Part shown: positions 27,128 to 38,797 of the stretch, piece by piece
How the letters are laid out: each line of letters starts with the position of its first letter
Numbering within the stretch: position 1 is the first letter of the stretch
Assembly (NCBI GenBank): GCA_003971905.1
Contig: RSEE01000001.1
Span: 744,001-808,000, forward strand
Direction of reading: 5' to 3'
DNA: 64,000 nt
DNA from: Moniliella sp. 'wahieum'
Lineage: Eukaryota
Position numbers and translations under genes: made by a program
Notes under the pieces: generated by a model
Database searches by the model: none
The model's input: only the letters and a program-made list of their open reading frames with translations
Told to the model about the DNA's origin: nothing

Positions 27128-29123
27128 TTTCGAGGTGCACGGGAGCGAGGGGGGCAGGGGAAGGGAAAGAGGGGGGTACGTCTGTTGGCAAGGCGGGGGC
27201 AGGCGTTTTATATCAAGAAGGATGGGCTTTGCACTTGGCTCGTGCCGGGGTTAAGCTTGGAGCGCTATGCATCTTGCTCTTGCAGCGCGGCTCGTCAACG
27301 TCACCTAAGCTCCACACGGTCAGCGGCGGGGGGGCAGTGTGCACTGCACCGGCGCACGGGCCTCCATACGTGCTCTGTCGCAATCTGGGGTTGCCTTCGC
27401 AGCGGGCGGATGGCTGACGCACGTCGGCGGCGCGGCAGCACGCCGCTTGGGAGCTCGCAGGGATGGTGATGGATGATGTGCACGGGGCGCATCGGCTACT
27501 GCGCTGCTGCCCCGACGCAGAGCAGCGCATGAGCCGAATGCATGCTGCCCGCCGTGCTTGCTGGATGGGGCACGCAAGCGCACAAGCCATCTCCTGTGGG
27601 GCACTGGGCGGGCGGCCGTGCGCTCATCGCGCCACCCACGTTCCGGCGGCTCCACCCCCGCCATCCCTGCCACCCAGCCGCCCGGGCGCGAAACACGTCA
27701 TGCAGTGTGTGCAACGTGTGCTAGAGGAATCTCGAGGCAAGGCCACCGCTAAGCGGCAATAAAGCCTCCACACGCCGCCTGTGTGTGCGTCAGCGCAAAA
27801 AGCCCCAACAGGCAGCTCTCCTGAGATATGTAAGGCGTAATCCGACCTTCCCACCGTCAGTCGGTCCTGCAGTCCTGGGCCCATCCTGCTACTATGGTCT
27901 TACGCGCACTCGTGGTCCATCCTTTAGTGCCTGTCAGAGCAACCGCCGATCGAAGCAAAACCAAGGCCGCGCTCGGCATAGGCTCTGTGCCTGACTCCCT
28001 CTCTCGCTGACAGTAGGGCAGGACCATATGTCCCAATGCCATCCAGATGAGAGGCAGCATCTCGCCCCGTCGCAGCAGGCAAAAGCCAAATAGCAAAAGT
28101 GCCGCCTAAGGTTCAGGAGTTCCTCCCGTCCAAAGGTAGATAAGCGAGAGGGTGGGGGTGAGAGTGAGGACGAGGGCGAGGTTAGTGACTCTGCGCTTGA
28201 GTGCTGTCCAATCCACCGTTGCATGTTGAAGGTCGTTGTGCATCTATCGGACTTGTTAGCTTCATTGCCTCTTGGCAGCTGAGGTCAGATTAGTGTGTGT
28301 TCATACTATACCACAAGCCCGCCACGGCCGCGGAACGGCGTATAGTGCGTCCCAGCCGCGCCTCACGACCGTGTAAAGTGGGTGTGTCATGTGGTCGTGG
28401 TAGGTGCCACTCCAAAACGCATAGGAGCCACTGGGGTACTAGAAAAGAGTACAACAAAGACCCCCTTAGCAAGATGCCATCAATGTGACTGTATCATTAT
28501 GTGGAAGGGGAAGGGTGCCCGGTATACGCAGAGGAAACTACTAAGAGCTGTGTACGTTTCCACACAGGAACGCATTCCACTGCAAACGCGCCCCAGCCAT
28601 TCCAAGGAAGCACCCCTACTTGAAAACACCCACAGAGCCACCAGAGACAAACAAAACCGCGTATCGAGAGACGTAGCGAATTTAGCCCCCTTTTAGACCA
28701 TCCCACTCATGACTCCATCGTCCTCGTCGGTGCTTAAAGCAAACGCCCCAAGGGGGCAACATCAGTGTAAAGTTGCTTGGGCTTTTCGTGCCTGCTTTTG
28801 CCCGGGAACGGCAGAAATCGGTACATGATCCACAAAAACAATCCTGCCGAATCCTCTTGTTGTCGATCGACGTCCAACACATGTAACGCCCTTTCAGTAT
28901 TGTTGGAGCATCTACTGTTGGTGCGGTTTATTGGGTTGAAGCTTGATGACACAATGTTCCAACAAGCCGGCCTAACGACGGATAGATGGGCACCACGAGG
29001 TGAAAAGGGCACTGACATGTACGGGGTCATAGTTGATTGGATACAGCAAGAGGAACTCCTTGGGGGCATTGCATTCGTGCCGTCTATCTCCCCGCCAAGG
29101 GTCGTTTTGTTCTAGGTAAAAAG

Positions 29124-29218
29124 TGACTTCGCCCGGGATCGAACCAAGGACCTTATCCGTGAACATAGGCACAAGGCCGGTGTTAAGGATACGTGATAAC
29201 CAACTACACCACGATGCC
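29124..29218 (-). tRNA. tRNA-Val(AAC) with a ~21-nt intron
   Basis: GGCATCG TGGTGTAGTTGGTTATCAC G TATCC TT-AAC-A[intron]C GGATA AGGTC CTTGG TTCGATC CCGGG CGAAGTC A, then a TTTTT terminator. A:A mismatch at acceptor pair 4:69. Confidence 0.9.
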
Positions 29219-29608
29219 GTATGACCTACCTTTAGGAACATGTCTTTCCACGTCTATCCCTTGCCTCGGTTGGGCTTGCGTGCTGTGGCAGCGTTTCAAC
29301 GCTCCTGTTTGCATATCTCGGCTTGTTCGTTTTGCACTGTCTGTGGTGTGCTTGTCCACGGGCAGCCTCAGCTATACACGCTCCTGCCTGGCACAGAAAG
29401 ATGCCCACATAAGAAAGGGTTCTAAAGGAGAGGGTCCATTGAATTGCAGGTATAATGATCGTTTTGCTTTTTGTCTGCAACACGGCGCCGTCATGCACAG
29501 AAACACAGAGAGAGAACGAGGACCGGCACTAGGTCCTTAAAGCCCCAAGAGCAGGAAAAGAAAAGCGTGCAGAAAGGAGAGCAAGGGAGAGTGCACAGAA
29601 GATGAGCG

Positions 29609-31879
29609 TTAGTCGTGACTGGTCAGCGACCAGTCGTCCAGTGCCACGCGCTTGGGCACCTTCGTGTCGCTGGAGCCGAGGTCGTCCCACTGGGGCTGCC
29701 ACCAGGTTGTCACTGTCTGGTCCTTGCCGGGCTTGAGGGTAACGGTGATGGTCGTGACACCCTCGTTGGAGGGGTTGTTGAAAGTGTTGGAGTAAGCCGC
29801 GCCTTGGCCGGCCGGAGTGTGGACGCGGAACTTGGCGTCGGAAGGAGACAGAACGACAGCTTGAGTGTCTTCTTGGGGACCGAGATGGGTAGGTCGATGG
29901 CCGCGTTGGGGTCGTTGATGGTATCAATGGTCAATGTGGCGGTCTTGGCATCGGCCGAAAGGGCGACAGTGGCATTGGTTTGCACGCGCCATTGCACACG
30001 GCTGGACCCCACCGAGCTAGCAATCTCATCTTGCTGCAGCACTTGGCGACGGCCATTGAGAGGGAATGCCGCGCTTGACAGAGCCTTCGGTAGCGTTGTA
30101 CAAAGTGCTCAGATCCGTCACAAAAATGCCGTGTCTGCCGTGGTGGGCTTATAATCGATCGCGCCCGATTGCTTGGCTGAGCGGGCCGAACCAAAGCGGG
30201 ACGTCGGGGTGCCATCCACGTTCTGGTCTTTCCCGTCGACCAACAAGGTGTTTTGTCCGGCGGTGCGCTTGCGGAAGTAGGTCCAACGCTGGCTCTTTTG
30301 CGCCTCGGAGCTAAAGTAGCCAGGCGAAAGGTACTGGGCCGAGCCAAACTCACCCGCCCACCGCGTACCGAGGGCATCAATGACAAAGTCACCACCGTCG
30401 AGGTCACCATGCGTTTGGTGGCCTGTCAACTTGGATGCCTTCATTCCGATAAAGAGACCGTTAAAGTCGGTCCAGGAGGAGCGCATGCTCATCCAATTTC
30501 CCGCACCATTCGACTTGGAAAAGTAGTGGTCCAGGCCCTTTCCGTTCCAGTACGCACCCTTGGCCGTTTCGTCATACCAGAACAGCGCCAGCGGGTCGCC
30601 CATTGCATCGGCACGATCACGTTGGTACAGGGTGAAGACGGGGTGGCGGTACTGCTTGCCCCACCAGAGCATGCCGTTGGCGTTGGTCGAGTACTTGTTG
30701 GGGCCGTGGTCGCCGTATGCAAAGAGACCCGCGTTGCCACCAACGTACATGTGGAAGTTGCCCGTGCGCCAAAAGCGGGTGCTCAGGCCTTGGTTGGATC
30801 CGTAGCAGAGATGAGTGCCGACTCGGCGCGCGCAGCGGCGTTCGTGCCAAAGTACCAATAGTTGGGTGTTTCGGTCCAAGTGCCATCGGCATAGGGGCCT
30901 TGGAAGCAGTTGTCTTTGATGTTGCCCAGTGCCGAGTTGTACACACTGGATGCCGTCTGATGAGGGTCATCCCCGTCATCGCCCCGGATGGCCAGCGCAC
31001 CAAGCAGCATGCCCGCGTTCGACACACAGTTCCAGTTGCCAGAGCCATTGGAGTCGGTTGTCCACAGCCAGTAGCCATGTCACCATTGTACGCCTTCTTG
31101 CCCGGCTTGAGGCCGAGGGAGATGATGCTCCAGCGAATCGCCTTGCGCTGGTTCGGAGTCCAAACATCGTACAGCCAATCATAGCCAATCGCGAACGCTG
31201 TTGTCATCTCGGCCGTGTCAAGAAAGTGGGCAGGGTTCCAGTGTTGGTCTGGCAAGGGCGATGGGCCTTGGCCAAAGGGCTGGGAGGTGTTGCCGGCCGC
31301 AACATGCAGCTCGCGCCAAACACGTTTGCTCCACTTGGTGTCCTTGGTCAGACGGTAGACATAGGCCCAGGCGCGCACGCGCTGTTGCACCTGTCGCGCC
31401 CATCGAGGACGCCCGAGCCGGTGTAGCCGCCATCAATGGAATAGTTGGTAGGTGCCAGCGAGTACCACGCGGTCGCGTTAGCAAAGACAGAGGCGTTCAT
31501 GGCCTGGAGATAGGGGTCGGAGGCGATACGGTCAGGGAGACAGTCCCACATGTAGCCGGGGGCGATGAGGCGCGGGTGGGACCGAAGATGGTCAGCCGAC
31601 AAGCCCGAGGACGAATCGTGGCACTGAACGGAGGGGCTGCCGTTGCCTGAAGGGGCGGAGGTGTCGATGCCGTGCTTGAAGAGCGGATTGCCATAAGGAT
31701 CCGTGCCGTCATAATCGAGGCTGGCCGAAACGGCGGCGGCGTGGTGCTTACGGGCGCGGTTGGGGGCGAGCAGGCTGTCGATGTCGTCGTGGGTGCGGGG
31801 GACGCGGGCCAAGCTGGCGGCAGCCTGGCCGCGCGAAGGCGGCGGCGGCCAGGGCGGTAGCCACGGCGACGCTGCGCAT
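29609..31879 (-). CDS. Secreted heparinase II/III-like polysaccharide lyase family protein
   Basis: Signal-peptide-like MRSVAVATALAAAAFA; HPRLIAP, WNPAHFLDTAEM..AFAIGYDW, NWNCVSNAG, WTETPNYWYFG, HGDLDGGDFVIDALGTRWA, RKRTAGQNTL. Several frameshifts. Confidence 0.8.
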
Positions 31880-32537
31880 GCTGGGCGGAACGAGTGTGGG
31901 GGTGGGACGGGAGAGAGAGGGTGTGTGGGGGCGCAGCGGACGGGAGCAGCGGTTCTTTTTGTAGAGCGGCGCGGCCAGCGGGCAGGAGTACTGGGCGAGT
32001 CTGTCTGGGCGCAGGAGACAGCCTGAGCGCGTAAGCATTCAATATGCAGTGCCACAACGAATCACTTTAACCACTAAGCATGAATCCCCCGGGCACGGCC
32101 GCTGTAAGGCCCAAGGCGCTGGAAAAGGCCGCGGCGGCGCGGTGGTGGCGCATGGCCAGGGTGCAGGCTGTGCCGCCCACGCACTGCCTGGCACTCCCCC
32201 CGGCATGCCGCGCGTCGCCGGCAGCGGAATGGAGGCGACGCGCCCCGTGCCTGTGCCCAGCAGAGCGCCACACGCGCCGCCAGGGGCCGTCGGCCGGGCG
32301 ATCGGCAGGCGCTGCGATCGGAGCTGCTGCGCCAGTGCGCCGTCTCAGCTGCCCCCCCCGTCCCTCTCGCCCCAGCCGGGCGCTGGCACGATCGTCGCAG
32401 CTGCCAGGCACCCCGCCCGTGTAAGACGCCCGGCCGACCACCGAGCGGGCCAGTGGTGCGGTACACTCGTCCAGTGCGGCAGCGCCTGAGGTACCGCCGG
32501 CTGGGTGCCGTGTGGCCTGTGTAGCCTGGTGTGGCTT

Positions 32538-32594
32538 TGTTGCGATGCCGAGGCAGTCAGACTGGCGACAAGTACGGTCTGTGGCAGAGAGAAG
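32538..32594 (-). repeat. 3' LTR remnant (U5 end only)
   Basis: TGTTGCGATG-CCGAGGCAGTCAGACTGGCGAC-AAGTACGGTCTGT-GGCAGAGAGAAG aligns with 35365-35424; ends in ...GCAACA on the element strand. Confidence 0.8.
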
Positions 32595-35346
32595 TCTGTT
32601 ACATTGCGATTGGTCGCTTCCCCAGGCTCCGACCAGGACCAAGCGTCCACCCCGTGTCAAGGAGGGACGTATCCCGCGCCCACCACAAGGTTGCATTGCT
32701 GAAGTCGCCCCAGAAAGATATCAGGCAAATGTCGTGTTGGGAGTATCGTCGTTTGCGTGAGAAGCAAGGATCAAGCTAGTGGTCCACGTACGCCGAGCTC
32801 GGCAACGCAGAAAGACGCCAGGCCTTCTTCTTCCACAGCTTGATAAGAACGACAACCGAATGATTTGGTGGAGAAGAAAGGACAATGTTTCTCGTCGCGT
32901 CTTGGAACTGTCCGGCCTGCTCGTATGGTTTCGCCGGACACCTGTCTCCCTCCCTGACCCGGAGTGGGGAACAGAGTCCAAGGCGAGCATGTTGAGCTAG
33001 GTGGCTCGTGCTTTGGCCAATGTCCCTTCAGTTCCTCCTCAGGCCTAGGAGTTCCGCTGTTTTCTCTCTCCTGTTTTCCTCCTTGTCCTGCAGCTTAGCC
33101 CCTGATGGCGACTCGCTGCTTGATGTTCCTCTGTAGGCATTGCTGGTTGCCACACCACCACCAGTGCGATTGCATCACCCTCGAGGACCATCAGGACTCC
33201 AGGTCTCATCAGAGCAGCCGTATCGGGACACCACTACTTGAACAACATCGGACAACCCCTCGTCCTCCCTCGACATGAGGAGATGCTTCTGCACTCGCAG
33301 CCAAGAGCGTAGTAAGGGGTAGTGTCACGGGCCGATACCCCTAGCAGCCACCGGAACATTTCCTTGACACCGCTGCTGCTTATCGCACGCTCTCGGCTTC
33401 TAACCGGCGGTGATTGAGGTGGTCCGCCGCGCGATCGCGCCCGATTTACCTTCAACCCATGTGGTCTCCCAACAAACACAGCTTGGCCGCTTGCCTATCG
33501 TTTAGCTCGCGGGCCTTTGCTTGCCTATTAAAGACCCGCTCTGTACTAAGAATGCATTAGGGGGAAGCGACCAATCTTCTTGTCCTACGTCCCCCCCAAT
33601 TGGCCTCGCTTGGCCTCAACTTGGAAACGCTACCGCTAGCAAGGCAAGAGGGGCGACACCTTTTTCAGTGCGAAGCTCGTGCTTCGGGCCAACGTCTCGT
33701 CCATTGCCCGACGAGCCGAGAGGGCTGACTCCTTCTCGGTCCACGTCAGACAACGTTGTCTTCGCTCAGGAGGCCACGTCGTTTGATGCAGGGTGCACAA
33801 GGCGACGGCCGAAGAAGATCTCTTCGGGGACACCATGCGCACGGGGAGAAGTTGCGGTTCCCCCCGGAGCAAATGCGGTCGAGAAGCAAGTCAATGCCCA
33901 GCCGGGGGCGCGGGAGGATAGACACGTTCACCATATGGGTCGAGATCGCAATGCGTATTTGCTCCTTCATCGTCTTCGCCCTAGTTTCAGGCATATTAGC
34001 GCCAGAGTTGGATGGCGTGGAATAGACCGGGGTAATGCCATACGACTGGAAGAACTGCTGCAACTCTGGAGAGGTCAAGCTGGTGGCAGTGTCCACGGTG
34101 ATCGTCCTAGGTGGGCCGAACGGCTTGATCCATGTGCAATACAACGCCTCAATGACCGATCCAGACTTCATGTCCGGCATCAGACCCGCAGTAAGAAACC
34201 GAGAAGATTGGTCCCTGATGACCAGGAAATTCTGAACGCACCCGTCAGGGACGAGGTCACCGATGTATCCAAATTCGAGATTTAGATGCAAGCCAACATC
34301 CGCCCACTCCCTGTGTCCGAGACCAGCGGAGGAGCGACGCGGCGGGCGGTGGTGGCGTGGGGTGCCCTTCTTAGCCTTCTTCTTAGTGGCGGCACTCGAA
34401 CCCGGTGCACCGGAAACAAGAACAGCACTACTGGCAGACCGGTGATCCAAGACGTAGCGCCTTGCGCATGCGAAGTAGTCCATCCGCTTGGTAGCGAGAT
34501 ACTCCAAGGCGGAGGCGGGTGTGTTCCCGTCGCGGGTAGCAGCAGCCAACAGCCTGTCCGAATCACGGTCCTCAAAGCGGCTGATGATGGCATCAATGAC
34601 GTTATCAGACGTGTCCGTAAACGGCGTGTGAAGCATGCCAAGGAGCTCGAGATCGTTCCGGGCCTCACGCAGGGCCATGTCCAGCGGCATATGATTGTAA
34701 CGGGTGCCGCTGGCGATGTGCAAGCGCAAATCACGCATGGCACGGTCCCGCGGATAAGCCGTCTTGAGGGCGTCTTGCAGGTCAGACCAACCGTTAGCCT
34801 TCATGGAGTATGTGTGCGCAGCACCCTCCAGAAGGTGGCGCAGCGCGAACTTGATGTGATCCAGGAACTCGGCCGCCTCGGTGGAGTGGGATCGAGATCC
34901 GCTGGCAGATCTTTCTCCGCCTCCTCATCCAGAACCCGGAGCCATTCGTCAAGACGCCACGGCTCCGAACCATCGAAGACGTTAAGAACGCTGCTCAGCG
35001 CAGTGGGGGCGGTTAGGCGTGCCTGCTGAATGTGCGCCTTGGCAAGGGAAGCACGAAGCACGGCGAGCTGCTCGTCAAAACGGCGGCGATCGTCCTCCCG
35101 TGCTGACGATCTTCCTCGCGCTGTGCACGGAGTTCGGCTAGGGTCGAGGCCATAGTATCCTCGAGGTGTTCGACGCGAGCTTTCGTGGTACGGGCAGCGG
35201 GTTCTTGTGATGCCTGGTGGGCAGCGTAACGAACCTCGCGTTCGGCAGCATGGGTTTCCGGAGCAGAAGTTGCGGCCATTGGGAATGATGGTACTTTTGA
35301 AGGAAAGGAAGAGGGTGGGTGGGTTCAATTCAGAGAATTCGGGAAG

Positions 35347-35362
35347 ACCTTTTGGCTTCAAT
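35347..35362 (-). promoter_or_regulatory. Primer-binding site, self-priming type
   Basis: ATTGAAGCCAAAAGGT on the - strand, 2 nt after the LTR-terminal CA. It is the exact reverse complement of the LTR-internal sequence at 35523-35538. Confidence 0.75.
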
Positions 35363-35364
35363 CT

Positions 35365-35600
35365 TGTTGCGATGGCCGAGGCAGTCGGACTGGCGTCAAA
35401 GTACAGTCTGTCGGCAGAGAGAAGCACCGGGAATCAAGGCGAGGGGCAGAGAGGGAAGCAGCGAGTTACGCGAGGAGTCGAGAGGGCACGAAGCCGAGTA
35501 GGAGTCAGGGCCTCAGAGGGTAATTGAAGCCAAAAGGTGGGACAAGGAGATAAGCAACGGAGGCCGTGGAGCGCGTTGAGCTCGTTATTTCCTAACCCCA
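35365..35600 (-). repeat. 5' LTR (R/U5 portion; outer end not resolved)
   Basis: Ends ...CATCGCAACA; shares its terminal ~60 bp with 32538-32594; contains the PBS-complementary 16-mer. Confidence 0.7.
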
Positions 35601-36618
35601 AGCCTCAACCCCCTCGATGATCGATGATCAGCGCTCAGCCCACCACGTGAATTGGCCGCCCCAACCCAAAATGCTACCACCCCCAAACCTCGTCGGCCGG
35701 TGATCATAGTGACCGGTGACAGCTTAGCGTCACATGTCCCACATCACTAGCTCATCACCGCACACTGGTTGCGCCAGCCCTGGGCGATCGATGGGTAGGT
35801 AAGGGTATAGCCTTGTGTAGCTGTTGTAGTAGAGGGCATATACTTGCCTGCACCCATTGAAGCGTTCTCCCCAGTGTTGAACAGCTTCCTCCTCGATCCT
35901 ATCAACGCCGAACATATGAGCACTGCAATCTATACGGAAGGTGCAGGAGGCTCTCCGCCAGGGATCTGCGGCGCGAAGCAAGTGCTTCATGCAGTTTGTT
36001 CCACCGCGCGCGTTCTTTCTATTCACAATAATTCCCACCTCTTCATTGAAAGGTGCCGCCACGAAACCTGCAACAGCTCCAAGTCCTTCTTCTTTGCCAA
36101 CGGAAGCGAAATGAGGTTTTCTCCTCTCGTCGTCCCATTCAAGATCAAAGAAAAGCGATCAAGAATGACATTCATGCCTCGGGAGGGCCGCACTGTGCCG
36201 AGGTAGCGAACCGCCTACCGTGGGTGTTTATGGCCGAGTTTGTTGCCAATGATGCGTCCCATCATCGAGCACCTAGACATGGCTTGATTCGGTGAAGCTT
36301 GTTGGCAGCTTTGACGATAGGAGGATCTCAATCCTGGCCGTCTGCTCTTCCTGCCTCGGACTCATTCAGTAGGGAAGACTGGTGCCACCTCGACATCATT
36401 TGTTCGTCCCCAAGCAGAACCCAGCGCTGTGTGGCAGATGCCTGGGGCTCTATGCTCCTCCATTTGGATTGGAACAGGGGTTGAAAGGTTTGGAGAACTC
36501 GTTTGCAGTGCTTGATGAGGATCTTGAGTTGGGACGTCTTTTTTGAAGGAGTCCTGGCGAAACAATTCGCCCGGTAGCGAGACTGAAGGAATAATTGGCA
36601 GCAAAACTAATAAAAGTC

Positions 36619-36714
36619 TGGTCAATATGAGGCTTGAACTCATGACCTTGGCATTACCAACACTCTTAGAAAGACATATTAGTACCACGCTCTGACCAAC
36701 TGAGCTAATCGACC
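36619..36714 (-). tRNA. tRNA-Ile(AAT) with a ~22-nt intron
   Basis: GGTCGAT TAGCTCAGTTGGTCAGAGC G TGGTA CT-AAT-A[intron]A TGCCA AGGTC ATGAG TTCAAGC CTCAT ATTGACC A, then a TTTT terminator. Confidence 0.92.
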
Positions 36715-36914
36715 GATTGTCCAACTTTAAATTGTAGCAATTTTCCGCGGTTGGAAACGCGGAGTACGGTGGAGCCGATGGGCTGCTGCCGGAATCTTTG
36801 CTTCGAAGGTGGACGTTGACCACCACCATCGTCACGCTTTCCCGCTTTCGCTTAGCACGCCAGAGAAGCCTCGCATACGCATTTCCAGTGAACGTCCTGA
36901 GCAGCCCTGCTACC

Positions 36915-38762
36915 ATGCGCGCCCAAGTGGACCCCCTCTTTCGCGGACAGCTGCATGCTGGTAGCGCCTGCAGCAGCCACCTCATTGCCCAGCAGGACTC
37001 CAACATGGCCATGTACCGAAGCAAGTACCGGCATATCCTGCGCATTAACCAGGACGTTGGATTGTGTGATGTATGGTCGGGGACCCATGCAGGAGTACGA
37101 CGATACCGACGATACGGAGGAGGAGAAGAGGACGACGAGGAAGAGGAGGGGGGGTCAGCGAATGATGCGCGGTACGAAGGATCCCTTTCCCATTCATATT
37201 TCCGTGGTGCCTCGATTCGAACATTTCTAGCATCTGCTTTGACACGAGAAAAGACCCAGGTTGGCCCGCGGTCTAAGCCACGCAGTTCTCGTCCCAGCAA
37301 GCGCAACTGGATGGAGGAAGGGAGTGATGATGACGAGTACCACGACGAGGGAGACCAAGAAGAGATGGCATCAGGTTCTTCGTCCCCACATGGCCAAATA
37401 AAGAAATCGATACCCCGTCGACGTCTACGTCCATCTAACCTCGCTAAGCGCAACAGTTCGCATGCTGATGTTCAACCACCATCAAAGCCACCTACTTCAA
37501 AAACCAACAAGAACATGAAGACGTCGCATGGGCCTCCAAAACAGCGGAAGAGGACACATGAAGACACGTCCTCTACGCTTTCCCACTCTGAGCGAGAGGT
37601 ACAAGAGAGAAATCGGCATACTCGAGATCCTTCCGATTTGGAGGAAAACGCCAGCCGAGTGAGCAGCCCTGAAAAACCGGCTCGGCTAAGCAGAGTAGGA
37701 CGCAGGAGGGCATCTGCTCCCAGAGGAGTTCCCCTCTCTGCGAAGAGGATAAGAGCGCGCCAAGATGTTGTCGCGAAAGAGGTGGAAGAAGATATCGTAG
37801 GCTCTGACCACCATCGGGGTTCACTCGAAGGATTGCGCCGAAGCACGCGGAACCGGATCAGGCCATTGGAGTGGTGGCGAGGGGAGCGTGCCCAATATGG
37901 TGACCCAAGCCAGGGCGAGGCAACCCGGACTTCGGTCGATGGAGTGGTGGGCCCTACACTGCGCAAGGTTTACCGCGTTCAGCGTGTTGAGGGGGAAGGT
38001 ACCTTTTCGGGCTTGCGCATTGTTGGGCCAAAGCGCTCCAAGTCGAGCACAGCGCCTCGCGCCAAGCAAGAAACGCCCCCCTCTTCAAAGGAAGTGATGC
38101 AAGACCATGGCGTGCTACAACATGAGCCTTTGCAGGAGCAGGAGGGCGGATATGTCGAGTTGGACCCTACTGCTGACAATGTGGCAGTAGAAGACGGGAT
38201 GGACGAGAAGACGGAGCGTACGCAGCGGGTGTGGGATGCAAGCCTCGGTCGGGAAGTGGAGCGGGTGATTGTGTGCACCGCGTCTCAAGCAAGTCCACTG
38301 GTGTCGGATGGAGGCATATATTCCTCCCGAACGCTCTTATCCTCCGACGATATGTTGGTAACGGGGATCATATCGGTCCCGGTAGGCGCAAGCAAGGCCA
38401 CCAATTCAAGCGAAGGCAGCAACTATGTACGTTTTCCGTTCTTTGTTAAAACTGTGAGCTTGCAAGATACTGATATTGTATTCTGAACAAAGATCTTTTT
38501 CGTGATCCAGGGGGCGGTTTTGGCCAAGGTAGGTCGAAGCGAGTTCATCATTGCTCCGGGTGGGATGTTTCTCGTACCACGAGAGAACTACTATTCCCTT
38601 GTCAATGTGTCACAACGAGAGTTAAAGCTCTACTTTACCCAGTCCCCGATCAGTACTCCGGGGACAAAGCCCTCCCAGTCTAAATCTCGTCCTTTCTGGG
38701 AGATATATCGCCCTCGATGTCCCGCTTATATCGTTTTGCCGACAATACCCACAGTAGTGTGA
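36915..38762 (+). CDS. MIF2: Kinetochore protein Mif2/CENP-C; intron 38427-38492; start and stop approximate
   Basis: CENP-C motif GLRRSTRNRIRPLEWWRGER; C-terminal cupin IFFVIQGAV...F....GGMFLVPRENYYSL.N......LYFTQ. Confidence 0.88.
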
Positions 38763-38797
38763 CCTGTGGCCGCTTTGCCATACAACTTTCCCTCGCC

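Larger units (their letters stand above)
32538..35600 (-). mobile_element. Internally deleted Ty3/gypsy LTR retrotransposon (gag plus integrase core only); outer 5' boundary uncertain
   Basis: Gag from ATG 35279 (coiled coil, then FDGSEPWRLDEWL). Integrase core FLVIRDQSSRF..WIKPFGPPRTITVDTATSLTS..GITPVYSTP..ANMPE. LTR-end repeat shared between 35365-35424 and 32538-32594. Confidence 0.85.
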
